A DNA stretch of 64,000 bases from Eledone cirrhosa (taxonomy: Eukaryota), in the NCBI GenBank assembly GCA_964016885.1, contig CAXHJY010001592.1, forward strand, positions 8,071 to 72,070. Reading direction: 5' to 3'. Positions 42,425 through 57,482 of the stretch are shown here, piece by piece. Each line of letters begins with the position of its first letter. Position 1 is the stretch's first letter. The notes below the pieces were generated by a model. The model was not told the origin of the DNA. It worked only from the letters and a program-made list of their open reading frames with translations, and did not search any database. The position numbers and the translations under genes were made by a program.

Positions 42425-42487
42425 GTAAGAATATTTTCGAAACAGCGAGTGGATTTGAAATTATTAGAAATGTTAGCTATCATTTCT

Positions 42488-42532
<45 letters not shown>

Positions 42533-43426
42533 CTGGTCATTGTTAAGCTCGTGTTTAGAATATTGCAATATTGTTTACATAAAATTATGGTGGAAGATTT
42601 TTAGATAAATACAAACACTTTAAAACAAACAGTTGTTTATTGCGGCACCGAGAGTGGTTTCAAGCGGTTTAGTATCAAAAAGCAATTCTATTATACTCTA
42701 TTATGATAAATGGAAACAATTTATCAACCTGATACCAATGTAGCTCAAATTCAACTGCAAAGAGAATAAAATTGTCACGGAAAGCACCACCAATATTAGA
42801 ATTGTTATTCGTGATGTAGAATCATATATTGTTTCTCAGCCAACAAATGCCAAATTATCTATAACTATAGTTGTTATCGACATTTCTGTATCATCATCAA
42901 AATAGGAGGAAAGAGAAAAATATACAACATCGCCCCCTGGAGAGTATACAAACACAGTTTAGAAGTTTCAACTGGATATTTAATTTTAATTAACAAGCCT
43001 TTACTGATCATTGATATACTTCTGTTTATATAACAACACCATCATCACTACCACCATCTTCACCACCACCACCTTTATCGTCCTCCTCCTCATCATTATC
43101 ACAACCACTAACACCATAACCACCACCACCGTGTATATATATACACACATATATATATGTGTGTGTGTGTGTATATATTATATGTAGGCCAATGTAATGT
43201 GACTCGTGACTTTTCTGTGGCATCAATTGTTCACCCTTGTCCTTTTGTCGATCAGTCGACCTTTTAAACATCTGAAGGTCAACTTGCAATTTTAAAGAAT
43301 AAATTTAATACTTTTTAAAGAGAAAATTCTAAATTTTGAAAAACAGAAAATAAGTTTGTTTTAATCCTTTCGTAACCATATTTTTAATGAAAGGTTCTGC
43401 CTATGATTTGTAAATCATTTTGAAAA

Positions 43427-43531
43427 TAATTGTTTCTACTTTAGGCACAAGGCCAGCAATTACCCAGTGCATTACTGGTACTTTATTTTATCGACCCCGT
43501 AAGGATGAAAGGCAAAGTCAACCTCGGCGGG
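43427..43531 (-). mobile_element. 5'-truncated Nin-domain SINE
   Basis: 3' half of the SINE consensus. Confidence 0.85.
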
Positions 43532-43966
43532 ATTGGATAAATTTAGTGATATAATTAAATCTCTTATTATTAAGCTGGTGTTTGGAACATAACTTAAAAA
43601 AGATTCTTATATAAAACACTTTAATCCGTCCATTACCATATTCCCAACGAAAGGCATTGCATCTGATTTTCAAATAATTTTGAAAATAATCTAAAGAATT
43701 TGAAGACATTCAGTACTATAACTAACTTTCTCAATATTTTGAATGTAACTTAACAAATTCTTTTATACAAAAGTCTGATGGAAACAGTTTTCCACAGAAG
43801 TCCTATTAAAAAGATTTAAATAAATGAAGAAAATTGTACATAATTACCTGCTGACGATTTACGAGTAGAATCAAATTAGAATGAATTGCCAAAAATATCT
43901 GAGAGGTCAAAAGGCATGTCATTAAAAGTTACTAATACTCTCTCTCCCTCTTTCTCTCCCCCTCTC

Positions 43967-44012
<46 letters not shown>

Positions 44013-44017
<5 letters not shown>

Positions 44018-44205
44018 ACGAGTAGGACCCCGACGGCTGAGCTCAAGCCGTTTCGACGGCTAATTCTGTCCAGAATTAGCCGTCGAAACGGCTTGAGCTC
44101 AGCCGTCGGGGTCCTACTCGTTCCTATTACCCACTCTACTACCCTAAGTATTGAGTACTTTGGTGCGTTATGGTCCATCTGGTTCCTTACCACATTTCCT
44201 TCGTT
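44013..44205 (+). mobile_element. Hairpin element, copy 1 (near-perfect ~114-bp palindrome + ~80-bp tail) in (TA)n
   Basis: 44013-44126 is self-complementary; tail acccactctactaccctaagtattgagtact... is shared with the other two copies. Strand is nominal. Confidence 0.8.
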
Positions 44206-44310
44206 ATATATATATACAGGATGTTATACCGAAGAGGAACAGAATGTAACCAATACATTAAGTAAGAACGTACATGAAACATTTCCAGACATGTAGAATT
44301 CATTTCTATA

Positions 44311-44470
44311 TGGTATTTCCCGGCGTCGAAGACGCTACTTTTTCCCCAAAATAAGTCTTAAAAATCTACCATGCATCATAGAGGCCGAAGGTTGTTTATC
44401 CTTTTTTTTCAAATATTTCGTTGTCAAAATTGGGGTGCGTCCACGAAGACGAAGCGTCTTCGGCGCCGGA
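44311..44470. mobile_element. Tc1/mariner-superfamily (Tc2-like) MITE remnant
   Basis: Inverted ccggcgtcgaagacgc ... gcgtcttcggcgccgg. Confidence 0.55.
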
Positions 44471-44528
44471 TATATATAATATATATATATATATTGGAAA
44501 ATGTGTGTAATCCTTGGTACAGTTAGGT

Positions 44529-45750
<1,222 letters not shown>

Positions 45751-46128
45751 AGAAGAGCGATAAGCAGCCCGTGTGTACGAAAAAGTTGTATTTGTATATA
45801 AACAGAGTGGGTAACCAAGATTACGCCAATGATTATGTAAATATGCACATTTTTAATGTGCAGACATGTAAGCTTGCCAGAGAATACAAATTTCCCTGTA
45901 AATTGAAAGATTGATAAACACCCTTAATCGATTTTCGGACCTAGTTGTGTCCTCATCAAAAGGCATGTATACAACCACAAGGAACCACGTATTTGATGGC
46001 CTTATATTTCCATTGGCTGGACGTATTAATTTATATCTTAATTAACTACAAACAGGAACGATAATTATATGCAAATTAGCACGTATATCTCAGAGTACTA
46101 CTAATAGCGAATGATAGATAGATAGATA

Positions 46129-46366
46129 TGTTTCTTTATTAGCCACAGGGGCACAAAAGAAGGGGACAAATACAAAGGGGGAAGTTTACATACAATAAAA
46201 ACGTGTAAAATGTTATCACAGATGGAATTTAAAAGTTAGTCGATTTTCCCCAATAGAGGGAGACAGTTTATATGGGTAACACATACCCCCGAAAAAAATG
46301 TGCAACCCTCATCTCCAGGAGTACGAAGAGCTTGTACTCCTTTCCTCTCCTCCTCCTTTTCCTCAA
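46129..46366 (-). mobile_element. 3' UTR fragment of the Tx1-like family, inside (GATA)n
   Basis: Reverse complement resembles 11230-11488 (aaacttccccctttgtatttgtcccc...gtggctaataaagaaa); GATA repeats on both sides. Confidence 0.75.
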
Positions 46367-47034
46367 TAGATAGATAGGTAGATAGATAGAGAGATAGATA
46401 GATAGAGAGATACATAGATATATAGATAGAGAGAGTATGAGAGAGAAATATATATATATAAGTAGACCTCGGTTTCACTGCTAGTATCGGTTGCATCTCA
46501 GCGTACTCAATAGGTAATGTTATGTAAAATCCCAGAGTAGACACATAGTTTTTCGCTTCGATGCAACACACGTAAATGGGTACCTTCAATCTATACCCGT
46601 ACTCGAGTTTCTGCCACACTTAATGCAGCAATACAGTGAACAGCATCCACTGTCTGCATTTATTATGCAGCAATGCCCAATCGGCGCATGTCGCTTCATC
46701 AGCGGGTTTTGTCTAATCAATAACCAATCGATCGACAGAATTCAATTCCAGTCCGTGTCGGCTATGACAGTGAATGCGACGGTCAACAGAGTATTACATT
46801 AGCAACTGAAATCCCTACGCGTCATCACAATGCCGTCAACTGATTGGCTATTGGTTCAGAAATTTACGTGACGGTAGGAGACGAAATTCAAAATAGTTCC
46901 GCTCCCGCCATAAGCTCTCAGCCAACGTATCTCAAACACAAATTAACAATTAAGTGAAACATTGGTTATTAGAGAAAATCAGTCTCTAATCGCTGTACAA
47001 TAGAATGGTAGCATTCAGCTCCAGTCTCCAAGTA

Positions 47035-47140
<106 letters not shown>

Positions 47141-47302
47141 TACATATATAAGCACACAGACTCACACAATATCTTCAGAAGAAATTAAAGTTAAAAAAAA
47201 GTAATAAATTGTGAAGCAAAGAATGAAAGGAAGAAGTAGTGAAGTGGAGGATATGAACAGAGGTGGGGGTTATACATATATAAATATATCTATGTATGTA
47301 TA

Positions 47303-47392
<90 letters not shown>

Positions 47393-47411
47393 TATATATA
47401 TATATATATAC

Positions 47412-47474
<63 letters not shown>

Positions 47475-47477
<3 letters not shown>

Positions 47478-47699
47478 TGTACACGTACATACATATATGT
47501 ATACAAACGTACAGTAGTATGTATATATATATACATACATGCACACATATATATGTACGTATGGATTCACCGAACATTTATTATAATGCTCGGTGTGTTT
47601 GTAAACAATCATCCCGTATTAAGCCGTAGTGTCCAGCAACCATCGTTGCTCGTTTGTTCAACACTGACAAAGGAACGCTGTACAAGCTTATTAGCTATC
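47475..47699 (-). mobile_element. Truncated family 2 retrozyme-like unit with damaged HHR
   Basis: Matches 28217-28454; tagtttc is deleted from the core; (TA)n on both sides. Confidence 0.75.
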
Positions 47700-47714
47700 T
47701 ATAATATATGCAAT

Positions 47715-47748
<34 letters not shown>

Positions 47749-48268
47749 GTACGCAGTTTGATTAAGGAAGTTATTTGAGATAAACATAAAATATAAACAT
47801 TTACGTCACAAATATCCTTGAGATATTAATTAATTGAAGTTAATTACTTACGTATAAGTCAAGTAACTAGTATTGAGTTCTTCAGGCCAGTGTTGTCGCA
47901 ACTCATGTATGCACTAAATACACTATATATACACTATATATACACTATATACACAATATGTGCGCTATACAATCATGACATATGATACTGTTGGAGGAAC
48001 AAGCAAAGGTGATACATGGCACCAGAGCAACGTGAAATAATGTGTCACCTGGTCTGGGGATCGAAACTAAGACCTAACGATTATGAGCCCCAAACCCTAA
48101 CTAGTAGATCACACACTTTTACTGATATTTCAATACTCTTCATGTTTTCGATAAATCAGTACTAAAAAACCCCATTTCCTAGGTAAAACAGAAATAGATA
48201 GATAAAGAGAGAGAAAGCTTGAGCGAGAGAGAGAGAGTGAGAGAAAGAGAGAGAGAGAGTGAGATAGA

Positions 48269-48306
<38 letters not shown>

Positions 48307-48326
48307 GTGAGAGAGAGTGAGATAGA

Positions 48327-48404
<78 letters not shown>

Positions 48405-48545
48405 GTTTGTGTGGTATATTCAATGTTGCTTCAGTTTCTTTTTCTGTTTCCATTATCCCCTGTCCGCCGATGTCTCTTACATTATACACACACACACACA
48501 TATATATACATACACACGTACATTGTATGTATGGATGTATATATG

Positions 48546-48665
<120 letters not shown>

Positions 48666-48887
48666 AATTAAGTTAAAGATGTACATCCATATATGTATAC
48701 TGAAATACTAGTATGTATATGAATACACACACGTATACATATGTAGATGTACCAAGTTTTTTCACTGGTCACTTTACTGTGAGTGGCCAGCTATTCTGTA
48801 TGTAAACACACAGACAAACCGGTTTTTAGAGTCATACTGGTTTTTGAGGAAACACCTTTCCTCTATTCTCCAGAAAGCCAGACAAGG

Positions 48888-48932
48888 AATATTGAACTAG
48901 TTTCGTTGTTGTTACAACTCATCAGCAATATT
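48888..48932 (-). ncRNA. Minimal hammerhead ribozyme, family 1b
   Basis: Reverse complement of 49700-49744 with one loop change. Confidence 0.8.
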
Positions 48933-49699
48933 TACCTATCTTCCGGCCTTTCTAGAGAATCGTAAAAGCACATATCGTTATATGCTTTTTCTATGAAAAT
49001 TAGTAGTGGGCAGACTAATTTGCATAGAGTGTGAGTAAGTACCGGTTCAACGGAGACGATAAAAACAAATAACGAAACGAAATTAAATTTCGTTTCGTTT
49101 GTAACTCACTTTTGTATGACTGACGCTTAAACAATTAAGTTAAAGATGTACATCCATATATGTATACTGAAATACTAGTATGTATATGAATACACACACG
49201 TATACATATGTAGATGTACCAAGTTTTTTCACTGGTCACTTTACTGTGAGTGGCCAGCTATTCTGTATGTAAACACAGACAAACTGGCTTTCTGGAGAAT
49301 AGAGGAAAGGTGTTTCCTCAAAAACCAGTATGACTCTAAAAACCGGTTTGTCTGTGTGTTTACATACAGAATAGCTGGCCACTCACAGTAAAGTGACCAG
49401 TGAAAAAACTTGGTACATCTACATATGTATACGTGTGTGTATTCATATACATACTAGTATTTCAGTATACATATATGGATGTACATCTTTAACTTAATTG
49501 TTTAAGCGTCAGTCATACAAAAGTGAGTTACAAACGAAACGAAATTTAATTTCGTTTCGTTATTTGTTTTTATCGTCTCCGTTGAACCGGTACTTACTCA
49601 CACTCTATGCAAATTAGTCTGCCCACTACTAATTTTCATAGAAAAAGCATATAACGATATGTGCTTTTACGATTCTCTAGAAAGGCCGGAAGATAGGTA

Positions 49700-49744
49700 A
49701 ATATTGCTGATGAGTTGTAGCAACAACGAAACTAGTTCAATATT
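49700..49744 (+). ncRNA. Minimal hammerhead ribozyme, family 1b
   Basis: aatattg-CTGATGA-GTTGT agca ACAAC-GAAA-CTAG-TT-caatatt. Confidence 0.85.
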
Positions 49745-50414
49745 CCTTGTCTGGCTTTCTGGAGAATAGAGGAAAGGTGTTTCCTCAAAAACCAGTATGA
49801 CTCTAAAAACCGGTTTGTCTGTGTGTTTACATACAGAATAGCTGGCCACTCACAGTAAAGTGACCAGTGAAAAAACTTGGTACATCTACATATGTATACG
49901 TGTGTGTATTCATATACATACTAGTATTTCAGTATACATATATGGATGTACATCTTTAACTTAATTGTTTAAGCGTCAGTCATACAAAAGTGAGTTACAA
50001 ACGAAACGAAATTTAATTTCGTTTCGTTATTTGTTTTTATATATATATATATATATATACATACATACACATATACATTATCTCATACATAGGCCACATA
50101 CAAACATAAACACTGTAGTGTCAAATCAAGGTAGTTTATCAAGTTCAGTGCTATTTGCATTAGATCTTATATATTAGTTTCGGATTTAGACACAAGGCCA
50201 GCAATTTGGGACGAAGTGGAAGTTGATTGAATTATAATATAATTGACATGAAAAACAAACACATTCAATTTACTAAATCTCACAATGTCATGAAAAACCA
50301 TTGACATTATATAAAAAATAATTGAGCAATATCTAATAAAAACAAAGAACACTATTAAAGGGAGCAACAAAAGAAGAAAAAGGAAATGAAGAGAAGAAAG
50401 AGAAAAATGTGTCA

Positions 50415-51260
50415 AGCCACGAAAGAAAGTGGTGTCACAGTCTGAGCGGTTTCACAGCTGCGCCTCACGGACAAAAATGGAAAAGACGTTACCGCGGAGA
50501 ATGACCGCTGCAACAGCCACCCCACCTTACGTTCAAGAGTGAATCGGAGGCCGAGGCCAAGGCCACTGAATCTTGATGGGAATTTCACCTGTTGCCAGCC
50601 GGCGCTGTCAAAGCAAGCATTGAAGGTGAGTTCGGCATAGCGTCGGGATGGTGACATCAATTCGACAAGTCAATCTACTAGAGTGGGCCGTGTAGCCTAA
50701 AGGGGAATTTGGGGGGAGCGAAGCGGTTCCTCAGGAGGAAGAGTGCTGTGTGCGCGTCCATGTGGCGTAATATCTCTATCACCCTCGTCAGGTCAAAGAA
50801 GGAAAACGTCTTTTTATTATCTTTATGCATTTCAAACAGTCACTCGCCTAAGGCTTTCGGGAGGATAGGGGAGCCGAGAATGCAGACGGTGTTCTTCAGG
50901 GTCAGCCGAGCCCCAGTCAGGACAGGATCGATGCTGAGTACGGCGTCTTGGAATTCGACTTTACCGTAGCTCACATTAACGACCTCCGACTTGGACGGGT
51001 ACTTTATGATAGGGATGACCCGCTGGAGGTCCTCAGCAACATGCCCAACCGAACATCATAGTCGCATGTCCAATCAACAGACATTGAAGGCAAGAGGACT
51101 GAATCGACGATGCCATCAAAATCCAGTGCGATTTAGGAGAGGGCCGGGTGGGTCCTCTTGCCGGACACCTATCGCGGAGGTGATTCGTTTGTCAGCAACC
51201 ACGAGTGTGCTGGGTGTCCCACAAGAGAGGTTTGTGAGAGCGTGCAACAAGGAAGCACAT
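50415..51260 (-). pseudogene. Degenerate CRE-type non-LTR reverse transcriptase fragment
   Basis: GVRQEDPPGPLL (GVQQGDPLGPLL-like), SKSEVV, ILGSPI, MDAHTALFLLRNRFAPPK, WQQVKFPSRFSGLGL; many disruptions. Confidence 0.75.
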
Positions 51261-51586
51261 CTTTTTATTATTCTTATACATTTAAGATATTATTGTGGTT
51301 TCAGAATAACTACCTCTATGATTTTATGTACGGAGGAATAGATGAAAGTGTTTATATTTCACACTTCATTCTTATCACAGTTATTGCTGTTCTAGCTAAA
51401 TATATATTTCAAAACACACCCACTGTATTGCCATTAACTAAAATGTGTGCATTCTGAACTACGGGTTGCAGTATCATTACTACAACCTCGAGATTTATTG
51501 AGTGGGTGAGGCGTTGGCCGGAGACCGTTGAGTTAACATCAACGATTTTCGTAAACCTTGTGTTTATTATTTTACTAAGTTACTAA

Positions 51587-51908
51587 GGGCGGCGGATTGG
51601 CAGTATCGGTAGAGTCGGACACCATGCTTTGCAGCATAGAGTTACGGTCTTTACGGTCTGAGTTCAAATCCCGCGAAGGTTAACTTTGCCTTTCATCGTT
51701 ACGGGGTCGATAAAATAAAGGACCAGTAACGTACTGGGGTCGATTTAATCGACTTTCCCCTCCCCCAAATTATTGGCTTTGTGCCTATATTAGAAATCAT
51801 TATTTTACGAGGTTAACTTTGCCTTTCATCCTTACGGGGTCGATAGAATAAAGTACCAGTAATGTATTGGGTAATTGCTGGCCTTGTGCCAAAAGTAGAA
51901 ACAATTAT
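51587..51908 (+). mobile_element. SINE dimer (full long-tail copy + truncated short-tail copy)
   Basis: SINE consensus twice; attttactaagttactaa flanks the pair. Confidence 0.85.
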
Positions 51909-52104
51909 TTTACTAAGTTACTAAAGGTGTACACGTAATGCAAATTGAACTAAGCATTTCGGGTACTATCTATATTCTGTATGACATATGTGTAGCGTTA
52001 CTATAGCAACATTCCACCGCACATGGGATCATACGAGTAGTTATTCTCTGATGAGGAGACAAAAATCTCTGATATGTACATAAAGACAATAGGCTTCTAA
52101 TTCC

Positions 52105-52139
<35 letters not shown>

Positions 52140-52719
52140 ACATATATATATACATATATATGCATGTATACACACACACACACACACACACAAATACATA
52201 TATAATTATAAAGAAGAATGTTTTTCGGTGCAAAAGAATTTACGAGAGTGTTCCGGTTGCTGAGTGAGTATATTTGTATGTGCATGTGTATGTTTAAATA
52301 TGTATGTGCATATGTATGTGTATGTGTATGTGATATGTCTGTGTGTGTATGAGAGTGTATGTGTGATTATGTCCTTATACCAATGTCTAATGATGTGGTA
52401 TTTCACCTGCATTTCTGGAAATCAATCTCTACACAGATCAATATTGTTATGGTCAGTTTATGAATGTTTGAGAGATTTTGATATGTCAAATCAATCAAAC
52501 ATAAAACAGTAGTCATTATTACAACAGCAACAACATCAACAACAACAACAACAATACTTATTGTTTTAGGTTGTTTGGTCTGTTTTATGTGAAAGAGGGA
52601 GGGGGAGTATTCCGGTTATTGGTATTTCATTGTTTTTTTACAATAAATTCCATTATAACAAACACACACCCGACCAACGACACAGACACCACCAATACTA
52701 CTACTATTAATAATAATAA

Positions 52720-53155
52720 TAATTGTTTCTACTTTTGGCACAAGGCCAGCAATTACCAGTGCATTACTGGTACTTTATTTTATCGACCCCGTAAGGATGA
52801 AAGGCAAAGTTAACCTCGGCGGGATTTTAATGTTTCTACTTTTGGCACAAAGCCAGCAATTACCCAAGTACATTACTGGTGCTTTATTGTATCGACCCCG
52901 TAGGGATGAAAGGCAAAGTTAACCTCGGCTGATTTGAACTCAGAAATAAAGGGCCATAACTCCATACTGCAAAGCATGGTGCTTGACCTTCTTCCAAATA
53001 ATAATTGTTTCTACTTTTGGCACAAGGCCAGCAATTATCCCAGTGCATTACTGGTACTTTATTTTATCGACCCCGTAAGGCATAATAATAGTCTTTGATT
53101 TAGGTACAAAGCCAACAATTTTTTGGGAGGTGAAAGTCTATTAAATCGACCCCAG
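52720..53155 (-). mobile_element. Stack of four partial Nin-domain SINEs
   Basis: Repeated tgtttctacttttggcacaa...atcgaccccgta. Confidence 0.85.
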
Positions 53156-53407
53156 GTACTTTAGTCTAGTATAGACACTATACTAGAACTGTTCATTCGT
53201 TTGATTGATTTCATACGAATGAAATAATTCTAGTCCTGTAGAAGTTATTTCTATATAAAATAAAGATGTCAATACTCTACCAACGTATTTAGTATCTTTT
53301 TTAACTGTGGTTACCTCCCGACACCACTCGGGAACCTACATATTATATATATATATATGTGTTACACACAGGCACACATACACACACATATACATATATA
53401 CACATAT

Positions 53408-53550
<143 letters not shown>

Positions 53551-53564
53551 TACACGCACACACA

Positions 53565-54880
53565 TATTTTATAGACCTAACCACAGTTTTCAAAACTGTG
53601 AACAGAAATGCTCTCTGGACAGTTCTCAAAAAAAAAAAAAAAAATATTTGCATGATAAGATGCTAAATGTCATCATTTCCTTTGATGAAGGAATGAAAGC
53701 ATTTGCTTTATCAGATGGTCAACTTTAAAAATTTTCCGACGTTTCGAACAGCTCAAAACAAGGTTGTCTCAAGGCCCCAGTTCCTTTTATATGTTTATTT
53801 TTAGCCATGTTTCCCCACGTTTATGGCTATCTAGATTTAGATCTACAGTTTGAATTCTTTAATAAGTGTGGCCTTTGCTATCACCAGTGTTTTACAGCAA
53901 AAACTTGTCCAAATGGCAGTCATATATAACCTCTTGTATGCTGCACCTTTTGCAACATCGATCAAAGAAGCACAATAGCTTGTTAGTCAATTTTCTAACA
54001 TTAAAAATATTGAAGTCGTCCAAAAGCCAAGGCCCACCACCAAGCAAATAAGAGGCATAAAACAGCAACAACCCGTTCAACAGTTTCCTACTTCTCTCAT
54101 CCTCATCGATGGCAAAACCTGAAATGTGTAGACACTTTCACATATCTAAGGGGCGTATTGAACTCAAGTACCTCTCTTGTTGATGAAATAGTCAACGATA
54201 TAGTCGAAGCTAGCATTGCTTTCGCCTAACTTTGTCTTCGTCTCTGGGATGCAATGAGAATAATCTCATTAGAAACCAAAATTAATCTCTACCAATCTGT
54301 AGATCTTTCCGATCTCTTGTTCAGATTATAATCTCGGGTCCCCTATCGATCATATATTAACCAGCTTGATATCTTTCATAAACGATGTCTTCAGACCATT
54401 TGTGGATACAGCTTAAATGATGAAATTTCGAATATTCTCTAAATGTAAAATTAGTGGAATCGGATTCTTTCTTTGCAATACCAATTAAGATCTATCTGTC
54501 ATGTCATTAAAATGAGTGACAACAGAATTTTAAAACGTTTTCATGTACAGGAAGTTCCAAGTTGGAAGGAAAAATGTAGGAGAACCATAGTTGAGGTACA
54601 AAGACAAGCACAAAGTTAACATGAAAGCGACAAAGATTCATTTCAATTACAATGAATGGAGAATCATTTTCTATAAAACCATAAGCAAGCTATGAAATAC
54701 GCCTTCTGGATCATCTTAAAAGATTGAACTCAAAGAAAGAATCGATTTTTATCTTGCCAGCCATTTTGAATAACCATCCTCTCTTATGTACAATCTATGA
54801 TATAGATTGCAAATCATTGAGACTTAAACATGAAAATAAAATAAAAACTTAGCTGTTGGACCTTCGTACGTCGAAATCAA
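53565..54880 (+). pseudogene. Degenerate RTE/BovB-like reverse transcriptase and C-terminus
   Basis: [66 protein letters not shown]. Confidence 0.8.
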
Positions 54881-55014
54881 TGGGAGTTGCGACCAGCAAT
54901 GGAAAGATGGAATTATAGTTACCTAGGTCAGATTTGACCATCGGCTCCTTTTCTTTTTGTTGTGTTGTCGTTGCTTTTGTATAGCCACAAATTGGCAGAG
55001 CCGTTAAAGCGTCA

Positions 55015-55220
55015 GTCTGTGTTTAAACCAGGACCACATCCCGATCAGCGCTTGACCCAGAATCCTAACCCGGTCTTCGATTGACTCAGGATTATTCCTC
55101 GGTTTGTGCTTTGATCAAGACCACACCCGGTCTGCGCTTGACCCACGATCACACCCAAGTCTTCACTCGATCCAGGATGCACCTCGGTCTGTGCTTGACC
55201 CAGGACCACACTTGGACTCG
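55015..55220. repeat. Degenerate ~28-29-bp minisatellite (~7 units)
   Basis: Units resemble gtgcttgacccaggaccacacccggtct. Confidence 0.75.
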
Positions 55221-55800
55221 ACAATATCCCTACATCTCTTTGCCAGGTACTTAGCATAGACTTTCTTGGGGAGGCTTAACAAGGAAATTCCTTTATTAAT
55301 AAAGCAATCTCTCTTCTCTTCGTTTTTGAAAATTGGGATTATTCTCCCGATTGCGATTGCATTGGTACCTTTCCAGAGATCCAGGCCGCCTGACACACAT
55401 GTGTCAACGAGAGCATACCTTCGCTGTTTAAGGCTTTTAACATCAGCGGAACTGCATAAGTTTCAGTCTTAGTTCATGTCTGTGCAACATTAGTGAAGTT
55501 ATCCCACATTGCGTTATAGTTGGCGTTGATAGCAGATGCACTTACTTCCACATGAAAACCCTCGTAAAAGCATACTTTTCAGTCTGGTTAGGTGGTATCA
55601 ATGGAGGTTTTTAAAAACATTTTTGAGCAGCGTCACTTATTTTAAACATCTAAGATCGGGTAATACAGACTTCTTGGCGGTGTGGGGTGGGAGTGACCTT
55701 GAAAGGCTCATCTAAATGTTGCTTAGCTGCTACTATTTTTCCAGAAAATTCCCACGTCACGTGGGAATTTGTGCTTAAGAATCACACAGACCCCTGCTGA
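55190..55800 (-). pseudogene. RTE-clade RT N-terminal fragment
   Basis: IIPIFKNEEKRDC..KGISLLSLPKKVYAKYL.KRCRDIVESK. Confidence 0.75.
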
Positions 55801-56198
55801 TGTTTTCAACAAATGTCTATCCGTTGGTGTTTGTTAGGACTAGTTCCCTAAAGCCCTTCATTTATGTTTTCAAATTATTGTTGTGTGGTATGGACTCCGA
55901 ACAATTCGCATTATATTTTACAATGGTATTGAGGGGAGAGTGTTTTGTGTGTACTTGGTTGTTGGATTTCTGGCTGCTGCTGATGCTGTTGTTGTTACTG
56001 CTGTAGGTGGCAAATTAGCAGAGTCGTTTGAGCATCGGATTAAGTGCCTTAGTATTTGATTCGGTTCTTCTGCAAGGGGTTGCGACTGGCAGATAGTATT
56101 AGCCATGGAAAACCAATGGAAGTATAGTTTTCTTGGTCCGATTTAACCACTGGCCCCATGCTATTTTGTTGCGTATGTATGTATGTATGTATGTATGT

Positions 56199-56487
56199 AT
56201 CATCTTGGTTAAGAGAGTGGGACTGGCTTTGTGCAGTGTCTTTGCTCACTATAAAAGCTTCACGGCACAGGCATTGCTTTATATCTGGAAATCTCTCAGC
56301 ACTTGTCGTCACATGGTACCATGGGCCCAGCACTATGTGTCAATAATTGTCACAAGTGTAGTGTTTGTACCAGAGTTTTCAAGTCGCTGGCTGGACTAAA
56401 AAGTCACACTCGTTCAGCGCATCGGTAGGGGTTCTCCTACATGGATATAAAGTAGTGGCCGTACTCGAAAACGAGTTGGCAGCCACC
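56199..56487 (+). mobile_element. 5'-truncated copy of the bipartite RTE-derived element in (TATG)n
   Basis: Near-identical to 19422-19711. Confidence 0.8.
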
Positions 56488-56564
56488 ATGTATGTATGTA
56501 TGCATGCATGTCAGGGTATGCATGTATGTATGTATGTCAGGGCATTCACACACACATATATATA

Positions 56565-56890
56565 GAGGCCCTACTCGGTCACGAATGACCATGGTTTTGC
56601 ACCTAGAAAGTTTCCCTCCGAGGCACAAGCCTGGGCAAGGTATGTTTTGTGGAAGACCAGTAGTGGCCCATGCATACCAGTCACCCCTCTCCACACCACC
56701 GATGTACAAGGGAAAGGCAATGACCGATACAACTTGGCACCAGTGTCGTCGCAACTCTTTTCTACGGCTGAGTAAACTGGAGCAACGTAAAATAAAGTGT
56801 CTTGCTCAAGGACACAACGTACCACCCGGTCCGAGAATCGAACACACAACCTCTCAATTGCAAGCTGAATGCTCTGACCACTAAGCCATA
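56565..56890 (-). mobile_element. tRNA-derived CORE-type SINE
   Basis: Minus strand: ggcttagtggtcagagc (A box), gttcgattc (B box), gtgtccttgagcaagacacttta (CORE-like). Confidence 0.8.
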
Positions 56891-57100
56891 CGCATATATA
56901 TGTGTGTGTGTGTATGTATGTATATGTGCGTATCCGAATCTGCGTTTTCGTTTGTGCATGTGTTTATATCTCGTAACATAGCAATCCGACAAAAAGAGAA
57001 TGATAAAATATGTTCCGAGCTCTAAAATGTAAGCACTCGGGTCGATATAATCGAAAATATTAAGGCGGTACCCCAGCGGTAACCAGTTAGAGAATAAAAG

Positions 57101-57420
<320 letters not shown>

Positions 57421-57424
57421 ATAA

Positions 57425-57482
<58 letters not shown>

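Noticed and set aside
55015-55220. CRISPR-like short repeat array
   Set aside because: Units are contiguous and degenerate with no unique spacers; eukaryotic context and no cas genes.
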